From Aquificaceae bacterium (GTDB taxonomy: Bacteria; Aquificota; Aquificia; Aquificales; Aquificaceae): DNA of 52,001 nucleotides. The notes below the pieces were generated by a model, which was given only the letters and a program-made list of their open reading frames with translations, was not told where the DNA came from and did no database searches. This document shows positions 10,375 to 20,742 of this stretch, piece by piece. A program made the translations under genes and the position numbers. The stretch is taken from NCBI GenBank assembly GCA_039630345.1, contig JBCNVD010000030.1, positions 1-52,001 of the forward strand, read 5' to 3'. Positions within the stretch are counted from its first letter, which is position 1, and each line of letters begins with the position of its first letter.

Positions 10375-11199
10375 AAACCTTTCCAAATCTTCCTGCCAGG
10401 GAGGTATCTCAAAAGAGAGGTCTTTTTTTAGCAATTGATTACTCATTGCAGACCAGCGCGGTCTTTTTGCAGGGAGGTTAAATTCTGATTGATAAGCGGG
10501 AAGTATCTGAACTTGCTGATTTTTTAGTCTGAAAAACTCTTTCGCAAGCTCATATCTTGAGCAATAGCCATCTGAAGTAAGATGGTAAAGACCAAATAGA
10601 TTGTTTTCAAGAGCTCTTAAGGTGATGCTTGCTATTGTGTAAGTCCATGTTGGGACGGAAAACTCGTCGCAGGCGACTTTTATGGTCTTTGAAGAGCTGG
10701 CCCACTGGGTCAGTTTATAAAGAAAGTTTTGCTTGCCATTGCCAAATACCCAGCTGGTTCTAAAAATGAGATGTTTTTCCATAAATGCTTTGACGAGATT
10801 TTCTCCTGTTAGTTTGCTAAGCCCGTAGTTGTTAAGTGGCGATGGAGTATCGCTCTCTTCATAAGGCCCTGATTTGTTGCCGTCAAATACATAATCAGTT
10901 GAGTAGTGAACCAAAGTTGCATTTACCCTCTCGCAGGCATACGCAAGGTTTTGCACGCCAACTGAGTTAACCGCAAAGGCCAGATGTGGCTCTGTTTCTG
11001 CTCTGTCTACTTGATTGTAAGCGGAGCAATTTATCAAAGCATCCGGGGCATAGTTTTCAGTAGCTTCAATAACTGCCTTGAGATTGGTTATGTCAAGCTC
11101 CTGTCTCTTTAGCGCAAGAAAAGGTATCCCTCTTTCCTCGAGGAGTTTTTGAAATTCCTGACCTAATTGCCCTCCGGCGCCTGTTATGAGGATTTTCAT
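10357..11199 (-). CDS. rfbD: dTDP-4-dehydrorhamnose reductase
   Basis: ITGAGGQLG, STDYVFDG, YGLSK, AKRP. Confidence 0.95.
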   Translation of the reverse strand: MKILITGAGGQLGQEFQKLLEERGIPFLALKRQELDITNLKAVIEATENYAPDALINCSAYNQVDRAETEPHLAFAVNSVGVQNLAYACERVNATLVHYSTDYVFDGNKSGPYEESDTPSPLNNYGLSKLTGENLVKAFMEKHLIFRTSWVFGNGKQNFLYKLTQWASSSKTIKVACDEFSVPTWTYTIASITLRALENNLFGLYHLTSDGYCSRYELAKEFFRLKNQQVQILPAYQSEFNLPAKRPRWSAMSNQLLKKDLSFEIPPWQEDLERFLKISQ

Positions 11200-11223
11200 C
11201 AAAAAGAGTTTAATATCTTTTTT

Positions 11224-12504
11224 GTGAAGATAGTTGATTTAAGAAACCAAAACTGGCAAGATAATCAGGAGCTTAAATATCTCCAGAGCCGTGGTGATTT
11301 GCAGTATGAAGCCTTTGAAAATTCAGTAAAAGAAATCATAAAATCAGTTTTGCAAAAGGGCGATGAGGCGCTTTTTGAGTTAAGCCTTAATTATGATGGC
11401 ATTGACCTGAGAGAAATTGGCATTGAAGTTTCAAAAGACGAGCTAAAAAAAGCCTACGAGGAGATGCCAGATGATATAAAAAATGCTCTTGAGCTTTCTG
11501 CCAGACGCATAAGAGCCTTTCATGAGTTTGAGCTTGAGAGAGGGTTTTTCTATCAAGAGGGCGGAGTTCTTTGCGGTGTTAAGGTTTTGCCCCTTTCAAG
11601 AGTCGGAGTTTATGTCCCGGGAGGCAAAAATCCATACCCTTCGAGCGTTTTGATGAACGTTTTGCCCGCAAAGGTAGCGGGGGTTAAAGAAATTGTTCTT
11701 TGCTGTCCTAAAGCTCACAAAAGCGTCCTGGCAGCTTGCTATGTAGCTAATGTTGATAGAGTTTTCCGCATAGGTGGAGCACAGGCAATTGCTGCAATGG
11801 CGTTTGGCACTAAAAGCGTTCCAAAGGTTGACAAAATAGTTGGCCCCGGGAATGTCTTTGTTAGTTTGGCCAAGCGTATGCTCTTTGGCACTGTTGATAT
11901 AGATATGATTGCTGGTCCTTCTGAGATTTTAATATTAGCGGATGAGAGCGCCAATCCCCTGTGGTGTGCCTGGGATTTGCTCTCTCAGGCAGAGCACGAT
12001 GAGTTATCTGCCTCTATTTTAATAACCACTTCAGAAGACCTTGCCAGAGAAGTTTTTAATTATCTAAGCTCTTCTTATTTGCAACTTCCAAGGTATGAAG
12101 TGCTTAAGAAATCTGTTGAAAACTGGTGTTATGCTTTTATTGTAAAAGACCTGATGCAGGCTTGCGAGGTTGCAAACTTTATTGCCCCTGAGCATTTGCA
12201 AATAGCTACCGAAAGACCTCTTGAAGTTTTTGAAAACATAAAAAACGCCGGGGCTGTTTTTCTTGGGCATTATACCGCTGAGACACTTGGGGATTATCTT
12301 GTAGGTCCAAGTCATACCCTGCCAACCGGAGCAAGCGCAAGGTTTTTTTCCGCCCTTGGTGTTTATGACTTTTTAAAGAGGATTACCTTTATGCATGTAA
12401 GTGAGGAAGGATTTAGAGATTTATCACAGCATGCGATAGCTCTTGCAAAGCTAGAGGGTCTTGATGCACATAGAACCGCCATAGAGGTAAGATGCAAACC
12501 TTAG
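11224..12504 (+). CDS. hisD: Histidinol dehydrogenase
   Basis: GVYVPGG, KIVGPGN, DMIAGPSE, SQAEHD, APEHL, HTLPT. Start revised to GTG 11224, which has TAATAT 7 nt upstream and avoids overlap with rfbD. Confidence 0.96.
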   Translation: MKIVDLRNQNWQDNQELKYLQSRGDLQYEAFENSVKEIIKSVLQKGDEALFELSLNYDGIDLREIGIEVSKDELKKAYEEMPDDIKNALELSARRIRAFHEFELERGFFYQEGGVLCGVKVLPLSRVGVYVPGGKNPYPSSVLMNVLPAKVAGVKEIVLCCPKAHKSVLAACYVANVDRVFRIGGAQAIAAMAFGTKSVPKVDKIVGPGNVFVSLAKRMLFGTVDIDMIAGPSEILILADESANPLWCAWDLLSQAEHDELSASILITTSEDLAREVFNYLSSSYLQLPRYEVLKKSVENWCYAFIVKDLMQACEVANFIAPEHLQIATERPLEVFENIKNAGAVFLGHYTAETLGDYLVGPSHTLPTGASARFFSALGVYDFLKRITFMHVSEEGFRDLSQHAIALAKLEGLDAHRTAIEVRCKP

Positions 12505-12908
12505 GAATACTGAGCCTTGCTCTTTATATGGGCTCTATGTTTATGATAGTTTTCTTTGTCTCCCCTGTTCTTTTAAGGTCTGAGGAGCTTAAGAATCTGC
12601 CCGGTAGACTCTACGGGAGAGTGCTATGGCGATTTTATCCTGTTGCTGCACTTCTTTTGTTGGTTTATCTTATTTTTGGTGATGAGAAGGTTCTTGCCCT
12701 GCTTTGCATCTTTGTGTTATCTCTCTCTGTCGCACTCTCTTTTTATCTCAGGCGCTTTAAGCGCTCTATTGGGGATATCGACGCACTTGAATACAATCAC
12801 CCGCTTCGCTCACGCTTTAGAAAAGGCTCTTTTATTTCGAACTTTTTGCTTTTCTCAAACTTTTTGCTGGCAATGCTGAGTTTTTACCTTGAACTCCATG
12901 CAAATTAA
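12492..12908 (+). CDS. Small 4-TM membrane protein (DUF4149-like)
   Basis: Four hydrophobic segments, HPLRSRF before the last helix, coupled to hisD. Family call is by resemblance only. Confidence 0.7.
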   Translation: MQTLGILSLALYMGSMFMIVFFVSPVLLRSEELKNLPGRLYGRVLWRFYPVAALLLLVYLIFGDEKVLALLCIFVLSLSVALSFYLRRFKRSIGDIDALEYNHPLRSRFRKGSFISNFLLFSNFLLAMLSFYLELHAN

Positions 12909-12920
12909 AGCGGGGGAAAG

Positions 12921-13433
12921 TTGGAGTATAAAGTAAATCGTCAGATAAAGGCAAAGGAAGTTAGGCTAATAGATCAGGACGGAAAGCAAATAGGGGTGGT
13001 CGCGCTCCAAGACGCTCTGAAAATAGCCTCTGAGAGGGGTCTTGACCTTGTTGAAGTTGCCCCCAAAGCAAACCCACCAGTTTGCAAGATTCTGGATTTT
13101 GGAAAGTTTGTGTATGAGCTTAAAAAGAAGGAAAAAGAAGCCAGAAAAAAACAGCGTGAAAACGCCATAGAGGTAAAGGACATAACTTTGTCTTTGAGAA
13201 TAGATGATCATGATCTTCAGATAAAGCTCCGCCAGATGCGTGAATTTCTCACCGACGGTGATAAAGTCAGGATTAGAATACGCTTCAAAGGCAGAGAAAA
13301 TGCACATCCAGAGCTTGGAGACAGACTGGCAAATAGAATTATTCAGGAGCTATCAGAGCTTGGTCAGCTGGATGGTCAGATAAAAAAAGAAGGAAACTTT
13401 CTAACCTTTTCAATACTTCCAAAGAAAAAGTGA
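12921..13433 (+). CDS. infC: Translation initiation factor IF-3 (TTG start)
   Basis: VRLIDQDG, LDLVEVAP, PPVCKILDFGK, GDKVRIRIRFKGRE. Confidence 0.97.
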   Translation: MEYKVNRQIKAKEVRLIDQDGKQIGVVALQDALKIASERGLDLVEVAPKANPPVCKILDFGKFVYELKKKEKEARKKQRENAIEVKDITLSLRIDDHDLQIKLRQMREFLTDGDKVRIRIRFKGRENAHPELGDRLANRIIQELSELGQLDGQIKKEGNFLTFSILPKKK

Positions 13434-14758
13434 AGCGCTCTACTTTCATCTGTCAAAATTGTGGTTACAGGAGTGCAAGGTGGATAGGCAGGTGTCCTTC
13501 CTGCGGTGAATGGAATAGCTTCGTAGAGGAGCAGGAAGTTCCTCTAAAAAACAATTCACAAATAGCTGAATTTTATAATCTTGAAGAAATTGAAACTAAA
13601 GAGATTAGGAGAATCAACTGCGGATTTGAAAACCTAAATAGAGCTCTTGGAGGGGGCTTTGTGGAAGGCCAGGTAGTTTTGCTGGCAGGAGAACCTGGTA
13701 TAGGTAAATCCACACTCGCTCTTGAGCTTTGCACCAAAATTTTAAACACAGATGGCCCATGTCTTTACATATCCGGTGAAGAATCTCTTTATCAACTAAG
13801 TTTGCGTGCAAGGCGACTAAATAGGTCTCTTTCTGGAATTTTTGCAACCAGTAATACCTCCCTTGAGGAGATTTTAAAGCTCATAGAGCTAAAAAAGCCA
13901 AAGTTTGTAGTTGTTGATTCTATCCAGACTGTTTATTTAGAAACTATTGAGTCTCCCCCCGGTTCTGTTTCTCAGGTAAAGCACTGCGCTTTTAAACTCA
14001 CCAAACTTGCCAAAGAGAGCGGTTGTATAGTCCTTTTGATAGGTCAGGTTAACAAAGAGGGGATGATTGCAGGTCCGAAAGTTCTTGAGCATGTTGTGGA
14101 TACGGTTCTCTATTTTGAAGGTGAGCGCTTTGGCTTTCAGAGGGTTGTAAAGGTGTCAAAAAACCGCTTTGGTCCAAGTGGCGAGATAGCGGTTTTTAAA
14201 ATGACTAACAGAGGTCTTGAAGAGGTGGCAGACCCCTCAGCTTTTTTTCTCCAAGAGAGAACGCCGACAGCAGGTAGCGTGGTATTTGCCCATATAGAAG
14301 GTTCAAGACCTTTTTTGATAGAGGTTCAGGCTCTTACTGTAAAAGCTCTCTATAGCTCTCCTCAGCGCCGGGCTGAGGGCATAGATCTCAATAGACTTAT
14401 GCTTATTCTGGCAGTGCTTGAGAAGGAAGTAAAGCTCTTTACCAGAGATTTTGATGTTTTTGTTAATGTAGTTGGAGGTATAGAGCTCGATGAGCCTGCG
14501 GCTGATTTGCCGGTCGCGATAGCGGTTGCTAGCTCTCTAAAAACTATCCCTGTTGGCGATGTGGTTGTTTTTGGAGAGCTTGGACTTGCAGGAGAGGTAA
14601 GGTCTGTATATCTACCTGAAGAGAGATTAAAAGAGGCTGCCAGATATGGCTTTTTGAAAGCTGTTGTTCCAAGAGGCGTCGAGACTGAATTCGTGGGAGA
14701 GATATTCCAGGTTGCTTCCATAAAGCAAGCTCTTCAGGCTTGTGGTTTAATATTATAA
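13430..14758 (+). CDS. radA: DNA repair protein RadA/Sms
   Basis: CxxC...CPSC zinc finger, GEPGIGKST, KNRFG, Lon-like C-terminus. Confidence 0.97.
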   Translation: MKRSTFICQNCGYRSARWIGRCPSCGEWNSFVEEQEVPLKNNSQIAEFYNLEEIETKEIRRINCGFENLNRALGGGFVEGQVVLLAGEPGIGKSTLALELCTKILNTDGPCLYISGEESLYQLSLRARRLNRSLSGIFATSNTSLEEILKLIELKKPKFVVVDSIQTVYLETIESPPGSVSQVKHCAFKLTKLAKESGCIVLLIGQVNKEGMIAGPKVLEHVVDTVLYFEGERFGFQRVVKVSKNRFGPSGEIAVFKMTNRGLEEVADPSAFFLQERTPTAGSVVFAHIEGSRPFLIEVQALTVKALYSSPQRRAEGIDLNRLMLILAVLEKEVKLFTRDFDVFVNVVGGIELDEPAADLPVAIAVASSLKTIPVGDVVVFGELGLAGEVRSVYLPEERLKEAARYGFLKAVVPRGVETEFVGEIFQVASIKQALQACGLIL

Positions 14759-14760
14759 AT

Positions 14761-15021
14761 ATGATACCTTTTGGGCTACTTCTTTTGGTCCTTGCCTGCT
14801 CGCCAGTTTATAGTGAATTGTCCAATTGTAGGTCAAACATAAGACCTGATTCTTTAGTGCCTGAAGTTTGCGGCAATTGTATTCTTAGAGTCTCAGAGGG
14901 CAGGCTAAATGTAGAAAAAGTGGCAGATTGTCCAAGGTATCAGAGCTATACCTGTACCTATAGGGGAAGAGAGGTTATTATTGATAACCTAAAGTGTAAT
15001 ATAGGGAGGTTAGAGCAATGA
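14761..15021 (+). CDS. Small Cys-rich putative lipoprotein
   Basis: Signal peptide ending VLAC and six further Cys; ATGA overlap with the next gene; TAATAT 7 nt upstream of ATG. Confidence 0.65.
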   Translation: MIPFGLLLLVLACSPVYSELSNCRSNIRPDSLVPEVCGNCILRVSEGRLNVEKVADCPRYQSYTCTYRGREVIIDNLKCNIGRLEQ

Positions 15022-15755
15022 ATGCTTTTATCATCACGATGGCAGCGATCATTTTGATATTTCTCTTCTCTTCAGTTAAAGTCATACCTGAGTATCAAAG
15101 GGCTGTTATATTCAGACTTGGAAGAGTTGTTGGAGCAGGTGGTCCTGGTCTTTTCATCATTATTCCCTTTATCGACCAGATAGTAAGGGTAGATATGCGA
15201 ACCGTGACCTTGGATGTTCCAACTCAGGATATCATCACAAAGGATAATGTCTCTGTCAGCGTAGATGCTGTGGTTTATTTCCGCGTAATAGACCCTGTGA
15301 GGGCAATAGTGGGTGTTGAGAACTTTCTCTACGCAACTTCTCAGATTGCTCAAACCACTCTTCGCAGTGTGTGTGGTAGCGCAGAGCTGGATGAGCTTTT
15401 GTCAGAGCGCGAAAAGTTCAACAACCAGCTTCAGAGTATTCTGGATAAACAAACAGACCCCTGGGGCATTAAGGTGGTATCTGTTGAGTTAAAAAGGGTC
15501 GACCTTCCAGAGGAATTAAGGCGGGCAATGGCAAAACAGGCAGAGGCGGAAAGAGAACGCCGTGCCAAAATAATAACCGCAGAAGCGGAATATCAGGCAT
15601 CTAAAAAACTTGCAGAAGCTGCCGCAATACTCTCCTCTCAACCTATTGCTCTACAGCTTAGATATCTTGAAACCATCCAGGATGTATCTACAAAACAGGG
15701 TAATGTCGTCCTTTTACCGCTACCGACTGATTTGCTAAAAGCCCTATCAAAGTGA
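15018..15755 (+). CDS. Stomatin/slipin (SPFH) family protein
   Basis: [42 protein letters not shown]. Confidence 0.95.
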   Translation: MNAFIITMAAIILIFLFSSVKVIPEYQRAVIFRLGRVVGAGGPGLFIIIPFIDQIVRVDMRTVTLDVPTQDIITKDNVSVSVDAVVYFRVIDPVRAIVGVENFLYATSQIAQTTLRSVCGSAELDELLSEREKFNNQLQSILDKQTDPWGIKVVSVELKRVDLPEELRRAMAKQAEAERERRAKIITAEAEYQASKKLAEAAAILSSQPIALQLRYLETIQDVSTKQGNVVLLPLPTDLLKALSK

Positions 15756-16600
15756 AGGTAAAGGTCAACAGAGCTGGTTTTTTCTTCATATTAATTTGTG
15801 TCTTCCTTGGCGTAGCTGGCGTAAATACTGCCAACAATCTTCTTTATATAGTAGTTTCCTGCATGCTTTCTTTTATGTTAATTTCAGGCATTTTCTCCAT
15901 ACTCAATTTAAGAGCCATACAGGCCAAACTACTTCCACAACCAGAGCTATACGCAAACAGGGAGTCAACTCTTAAAATTCTCCTTATCAACAAAAAGCCA
16001 TACCCTTCTTTTTTGCTAAAAGTAGGGCTATACGAAAGTTTCTATTTCTGCCCTTTATTAAAAAAAGAAGCTGAGGCGAGACTAAGAGCCACATTTAAAA
16101 CCCGTGGAGAGATTCAAAAACTCCAGATAAACATAAGCTCTACATTTCCTGTTGGGTTATTTGAGCGTATTTATGAACTTGAAATCCCTGCAAAAATACT
16201 GGTCTATCCAGAGCCTATATTCTCAGACATCAATCTTTTGCCAGAAGTTGCAGACCTTTCAGGGCAAAGCGTTGCTCAAAGGACTCCCGGATTTGACGAA
16301 ATTGATAGCATCAAAAACTACTCAGGCGAACCTCTCAAGCTAATTCACTGGAAGAGCAGTGCAAAGCGCTCAAAACTGATGTCAAAGCGTATGCAACAGG
16401 AAGGACAAACCCCTGTTGTTCTGTCTCTTGAGTGCGTTGATGGGAACTTAGAGCAAAAGCTGGGGAAGTTGACCTTTTTGGTAAACGAGCTTCTAAAGCG
16501 CTCAAGACCTGTAGGCTTGGAACTAGGAGACATAAAAATAAAGCCAGACCTTGGAAATTCCCACAGACATCTGCTTTTAAAGACCCTTGCCCTCTTTTAA
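15752..16600 (+). CDS. DUF58 domain membrane protein
   Basis: N-terminal TMs with [29 protein letters not shown]. Confidence 0.88.
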   Translation: MKVKVNRAGFFFILICVFLGVAGVNTANNLLYIVVSCMLSFMLISGIFSILNLRAIQAKLLPQPELYANRESTLKILLINKKPYPSFLLKVGLYESFYFCPLLKKEAEARLRATFKTRGEIQKLQINISSTFPVGLFERIYELEIPAKILVYPEPIFSDINLLPEVADLSGQSVAQRTPGFDEIDSIKNYSGEPLKLIHWKSSAKRSKLMSKRMQQEGQTPVVLSLECVDGNLEQKLGKLTFLVNELLKRSRPVGLELGDIKIKPDLGNSHRHLLLKTLALF

Positions 16601-17677
16601 AGGAGCCATCGGGTAAGAGCCAAGCACTTTTACCATCTGAGCCCGCTCACTCAGTTTTTTTATAGCCCTTTTTATGTGTTCTTGCTGAAAATGTCCGTCA
16701 AAGTCCACAAAGAAAATATAGTCCCATACCCTCTTGCTATTAGGTCTTGATACTATGCGCGTTAGATTAATCTGCTCTTCATAAAAACACTCCAGAGCTC
16801 TATATAAAGCCCCGGTCTGGTCTTTCAGGGCAAATGCCACAGTGGTTTTGTCCTTGCCTGTTGGCCCGACTGTCCTTTTGCCTATAACTATAAAGCGAGT
16901 GTAATTGTCAGGATTATCCTGAATGTTTCTTGCCAGGATGTTTAGTCTGTAAACCTGCGCTGCAGCTTCGCTGGCGATTGCCCCAACTCCCTGAGATTCC
17001 AGAGCTATCTCGCAAGCCCTTGCGGTGCTTTCAGTTTCGAAAACCTTGACTGAAGGGAGGTTTTTGCTAAGCCACTCCCTGCACTGGGCTATAGCGTGCC
17101 TGTGTGAAAAAACTGCCTCTATTTTGCTTATTTCCTCAAGACTTGATAAAAGATTTAGCCTTATTGGAATCACTACCTCGCCAACTATCTGTAGCTGCGT
17201 TTGCAAAAACCTGTCAAGGGTAAAATTCACAACCCCTTCAGTGGTGTTCTCTATAGGTACAACACCGTAATCTGCTCTCGAGAGCTCTACCTCTTTGAAA
17301 ACATCCTCTATGGTTCCCACGGCGATATATTTCGCAGATAGACCGAAAAACTCAAGCGATGCCTGATGAGTGAATGTTGCCCTTGGACCAAGGTAGGCAA
17401 CTTTAATAACCTCCTCAAGAGACAGACACGCGGACATAATCTCGCGATAAACATATCTCAAAGCTTCCGTAGGAAAGGCCTCTTTAAATAGCTCTGAGTT
17501 GAGTCTGGATAGTCTCTTTAGAACCTCCTGCTCCCTCTCTGGCGAATGAATCTCAAGGCCCATAGACTTTTTGATTTCTCCAATTTGTCTGGCTATTTTA
17601 GCCCTCTCGTTTAAGAGTCTTAGTATCTGAAGGTCTATTTCGTCTATCTGACCTCTCAATTTTGATAGCTCATCCAT
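16577..17677 (-). CDS. pheA: Chorismate mutase / prephenate dehydratase (P-protein)
   Basis: LRGQIDEID chorismate mutase domain, PIENTTEG, NYTRF, ACT domain. Start may be the TTG at 17686 instead. Confidence 0.96.
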   Translation of the reverse strand: MDELSKLRGQIDEIDLQILRLLNERAKIARQIGEIKKSMGLEIHSPEREQEVLKRLSRLNSELFKEAFPTEALRYVYREIMSACLSLEEVIKVAYLGPRATFTHQASLEFFGLSAKYIAVGTIEDVFKEVELSRADYGVVPIENTTEGVVNFTLDRFLQTQLQIVGEVVIPIRLNLLSSLEEISKIEAVFSHRHAIAQCREWLSKNLPSVKVFETESTARACEIALESQGVGAIASEAAAQVYRLNILARNIQDNPDNYTRFIVIGKRTVGPTGKDKTTVAFALKDQTGALYRALECFYEEQINLTRIVSRPNSKRVWDYIFFVDFDGHFQQEHIKRAIKKLSERAQMVKVLGSYPMAPLKEGKGL

Positions 17678-17715
17678 CAACCACAAAAAGCCCCTTTGAG
17701 CTAATCATAATATAA

Positions 17716-18729
17716 ATGACTCGCATAGCTGTTCTCGGCGCCGGGATAATAGGGCTCTTTTCGGCTTTCACACTCTCTTTAGAAGGTTATAGCGTCAAAG
17801 TCATAACAAGAAGCCTCGAAGACCAGACATCCTGGATTGCAGGCGGGATGCTAGCTCCTTTTTCCGAAGGCCTCGAGGGAGAACTTCTGCAGCTATCTCT
17901 CAAGAGCCTTGAACTATATCCTGACATACTTGACGCTCTCTATCAGGTCTCGGGGCAAAAAATCGGCATAAATCAGGGCGGGCTCCTTAAACTTTATAAC
18001 CAAGACAGCACTTTGGAAAAATTCAAAGACCAGATCCTCTATAGAGAGGATTTTTTTACTGATAAAACCCGCCTGACGGCGGTAAGTTTTAAAAAGGAGG
18101 GATATTTAGACCCTACGGCTTTAATTAAAGCTCTGATATCCTCACTTTCAAAGCTATCGGTTAAGATAATCATAGACAACATAGTCTCTGTGGAAAAAAA
18201 TAACTCAAAAATATCAAAGCTAATTGGTATTAAAGATAAATACAGCGCTGATTACTTTGTCATTTGCCCGGGTGCATGGAGTGCCAAGATTTTCAATATT
18301 CCTGTTTTTCCAACCAAAGGTCAGGCACTGATTGTCGAAGGAAACTTCCATCCAAAAACTTTATACTTTAATAGCACCTATGTTATTCCTAGGAGAGGTT
18401 TTACCTATATAGGTGCAACCAGTGAGCCTAAAAACTTCACTCATGGCAACACGATAGGGGGAATTTTAAACCTTATAAACGGATTTTTAGAGCTCTTTCC
18501 AGAGGCTTTAAATCCAAAAATATCAAAAACCCTTTATGGTTTTAGACCGTCAACGCCTGATAATCTGCCGGTGCTTGAATTTGGCGAAAACTTCGCCCTG
18601 CTTACCGGGCATCATAGAAACGGTATTTTGCTGGCTCCTGCTAGTGCAAATTTGCTCCTATCAGCCCTTCTATCCGGACCAATCTCAGGACCATTTGGTC
18701 TAAGCAGGTTTTCAAAGGCGATGACTTAA
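17716..18729 (+). CDS. thiO: Glycine oxidase ThiO-like FAD oxidoreductase
   Basis: GAGIIG, AGGMLAP, GFRP, GHHRNGILLAP. Confidence 0.85.
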   Translation: MTRIAVLGAGIIGLFSAFTLSLEGYSVKVITRSLEDQTSWIAGGMLAPFSEGLEGELLQLSLKSLELYPDILDALYQVSGQKIGINQGGLLKLYNQDSTLEKFKDQILYREDFFTDKTRLTAVSFKKEGYLDPTALIKALISSLSKLSVKIIIDNIVSVEKNNSKISKLIGIKDKYSADYFVICPGAWSAKIFNIPVFPTKGQALIVEGNFHPKTLYFNSTYVIPRRGFTYIGATSEPKNFTHGNTIGGILNLINGFLELFPEALNPKISKTLYGFRPSTPDNLPVLEFGENFALLTGHHRNGILLAPASANLLLSALLSGPISGPFGLSRFSKAMT

Positions 18730-18759
18730 AAACTTCTTAACACTTCAGGACTATAAGTT
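18725..18759 (+). promoter_or_regulatory. Putative Pho-box-like direct repeat and -10 upstream of phoX1
   Basis: TTAAAA (18726) and TTAACA (18737) at 11-bp spacing in the -35 position; TAAGTT 6 nt before the ATG. Confidence 0.45.
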
Positions 18760-18765
18760 TAGATT

Positions 18766-20628
18766 ATGGCAAGATATATACAGGACATTATAGAGAGTGC
18801 ATTAAGCAGGAGACAATTTCTTGCTTTTGCAATGTTTAGCCCGGCTTTGAAACTACTCTCAAAAGAAGAAAAGACTTTCAGGAGCATAAAACCAAATAAA
18901 GAGGATAAAATAACCGTCCCTGAAGGCTTTGAGTATAAGGTTTTAATAAGCTGGGGCGATGCTCTCGACGGGGGTCAAAGACTAAATTACAACAAAATCC
19001 GCAAAAGCGGACCGGATATCCAGGATGTGGAAAGACAGCAGTTTTGCTTTGGCTATAACTGTGATTATGTTGGGTTTTTGAGCTCTGAAGGAAGAAGCAT
19101 TCTGGCTATAAATCATGAATATTGCAACCCGGAATTGATGTTTCCCGAGTTTTCAAACAGGCGTCCAACAAAGGAAGAGACCCTTTTTATGATGAACGCA
19201 CACGGGGTTTCGATAGTTGAAATAAAAAGATCCGGGCAATCCTGGCAGGTGCTAGAGCGCTCGAATTTAAATCGCAGGATAACAGCAAATACTCCATGCG
19301 CCATAGAAGGCCCTGCAAAATCTCATCGCTTTATGAAAACTTCCTACGACCAGGATGGCTCAAGAGTATACGGCACAATCAATAACTGCGCAGGCGGCAA
19401 AACCCCATGGGGTACTGTCCTTACCTGTGAGGAAAACTTTAACTTCTACTTTTCAGGGCGCGAAGAGAGGTTAAAAGATCAGCTCCTGGCAAGAATTCAT
19501 GACCGCTATGGGATTCCAAGCCCTCTGTCTTTTCAAAACGGCTTTGGACTTTACGAAGATAGATTCAACATAGAAAAAGAGCCCAACGAAGCCTTTCGCT
19601 TTGGCTGGGTTGTCGAAATTGACCCATTTGACCCAGGTTTTACCCCAATTAAAAGAACAGCTTTAGGAAGATTTAAGCACGAGGCTGCCTGTTGCACCGT
19701 TGGGAAAGATGGCAGGGTAGCGGTTTATATGGGCGATGATGAGCGATTTGAGTATGTTTATAAATTTGTCAGCAAAAACGCCTTTAAAGAGGGCGATAAA
19801 TCCCATAACCTTAGCTTGCTGGACGAAGGGTCTTTGTATGTTGCCAGATTTAAAGACGATTTAAGTGGCGAGTGGGTGCTTATTGCATCCTGTGAAAAAA
19901 CCTCTCAGGGCTATAAAATCTCTCCAAATCCTGACCTTCCTGAAATTTTCAAAAAAGAGCCCGAGCTTTGCTTTATTGCAACGCGCCTTGCGGCGGATGC
20001 TCTTAACGCAACGCAAATGGACCGCCCCGAGGATGTTGAGTATAACCCCCATACAAGAAGTGTCTGGATTGCTCTAACTTTCAACGAAAGGCGCACCAAA
20101 TCTTTGGCAAACAGTGCAAACCCGAGGGCCTTCAACACGATGGGTCACATCATAGAGCTTCGCGAAGAAGACCCAACCTCAACCCGCTTTAGCTGGCATA
20201 TACCCCTGTTTTGCGGAGAAACCAGAGCAAAAAATCCTTCAAGAAGGATGCTCATTTATGGCAAAGAGCCAAACACCAAAACCCCGCCTATTTCCGCCCC
20301 TGATAACTTTGCCATAGACTCTCGCGGAAGGATATGGATAGCAACCGATGGCAATTTCTCTACCAGTCGTCTTATGCTAAACGATGGCGTTTATGTACTT
20401 GATCCTTTTTCAAAAGAGCTCTCTATGTTTCTCTCCGGGGTTCCGGGGTGCGAAGTTTGCGGGCCTGAGTTTTCGGGAGATTTCAGGACCTTCTTTTGCG
20501 CTATCCAGCACCCTGGGGAAAGTGGCTCTCCAGAGCCTTTGACCCTCTGGCCAAAAGAGGTGGGCATTGAAGTCCCAAGGCCTTCTGTGATTGCGGTGTG
20601 GCACAAAAGTGGTCTCAAAGTTGGATAA
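18766..20628 (+). CDS. phoX: PhoX-family alkaline phosphatase (Tat-exported), paralog 1
   Basis: SRRQFL Tat motif, NHEY, NNCAGG, TCEEN, GRFKHEA, MDRPED, PDN, IQHPGE. Confidence 0.93.
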   Translation: MARYIQDIIESALSRRQFLAFAMFSPALKLLSKEEKTFRSIKPNKEDKITVPEGFEYKVLISWGDALDGGQRLNYNKIRKSGPDIQDVERQQFCFGYNCDYVGFLSSEGRSILAINHEYCNPELMFPEFSNRRPTKEETLFMMNAHGVSIVEIKRSGQSWQVLERSNLNRRITANTPCAIEGPAKSHRFMKTSYDQDGSRVYGTINNCAGGKTPWGTVLTCEENFNFYFSGREERLKDQLLARIHDRYGIPSPLSFQNGFGLYEDRFNIEKEPNEAFRFGWVVEIDPFDPGFTPIKRTALGRFKHEAACCTVGKDGRVAVYMGDDERFEYVYKFVSKNAFKEGDKSHNLSLLDEGSLYVARFKDDLSGEWVLIASCEKTSQGYKISPNPDLPEIFKKEPELCFIATRLAADALNATQMDRPEDVEYNPHTRSVWIALTFNERRTKSLANSANPRAFNTMGHIIELREEDPTSTRFSWHIPLFCGETRAKNPSRRMLIYGKEPNTKTPPISAPDNFAIDSRGRIWIATDGNFSTSRLMLNDGVYVLDPFSKELSMFLSGVPGCEVCGPEFSGDFRTFFCAIQHPGESGSPEPLTLWPKEVGIEVPRPSVIAVWHKSGLKVG

Positions 20629-20639
20629 ATTTACCCTAT

Positions 20640-20663
20640 GCGGGCGCGAAGCGCCCGCGCTTT
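20640..20663 (+). terminator. GC-rich hairpin after phoX1
   Basis: GCGGGCGC-GAA-GCGCCCGC followed by GCTTT; member of the GCGC hairpin family. Confidence 0.6.
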
Positions 20664-20700
20664 AACATTTTTTAAAAAAAATCTTAAGAAGTTCTAAACC
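20662..20700 (+). promoter_or_regulatory. Putative Pho-box-like 11-bp periodic repeats upstream of phoX2
   Basis: TTAACA (20662), TAAAAA (20673), TTAAGA (20684), TAAACC (20695). Confidence 0.4.
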
Positions 20701-20742
20701 CTAAGCCCTTATTTTTTGTGGAAACTGCTCGGAGGTTTTGAT

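Noticed and set aside
11167..11223. N-terminal extension of hisD
   Set aside because: It overlaps divergent rfbD; GTG 11224 has a correctly placed -10.
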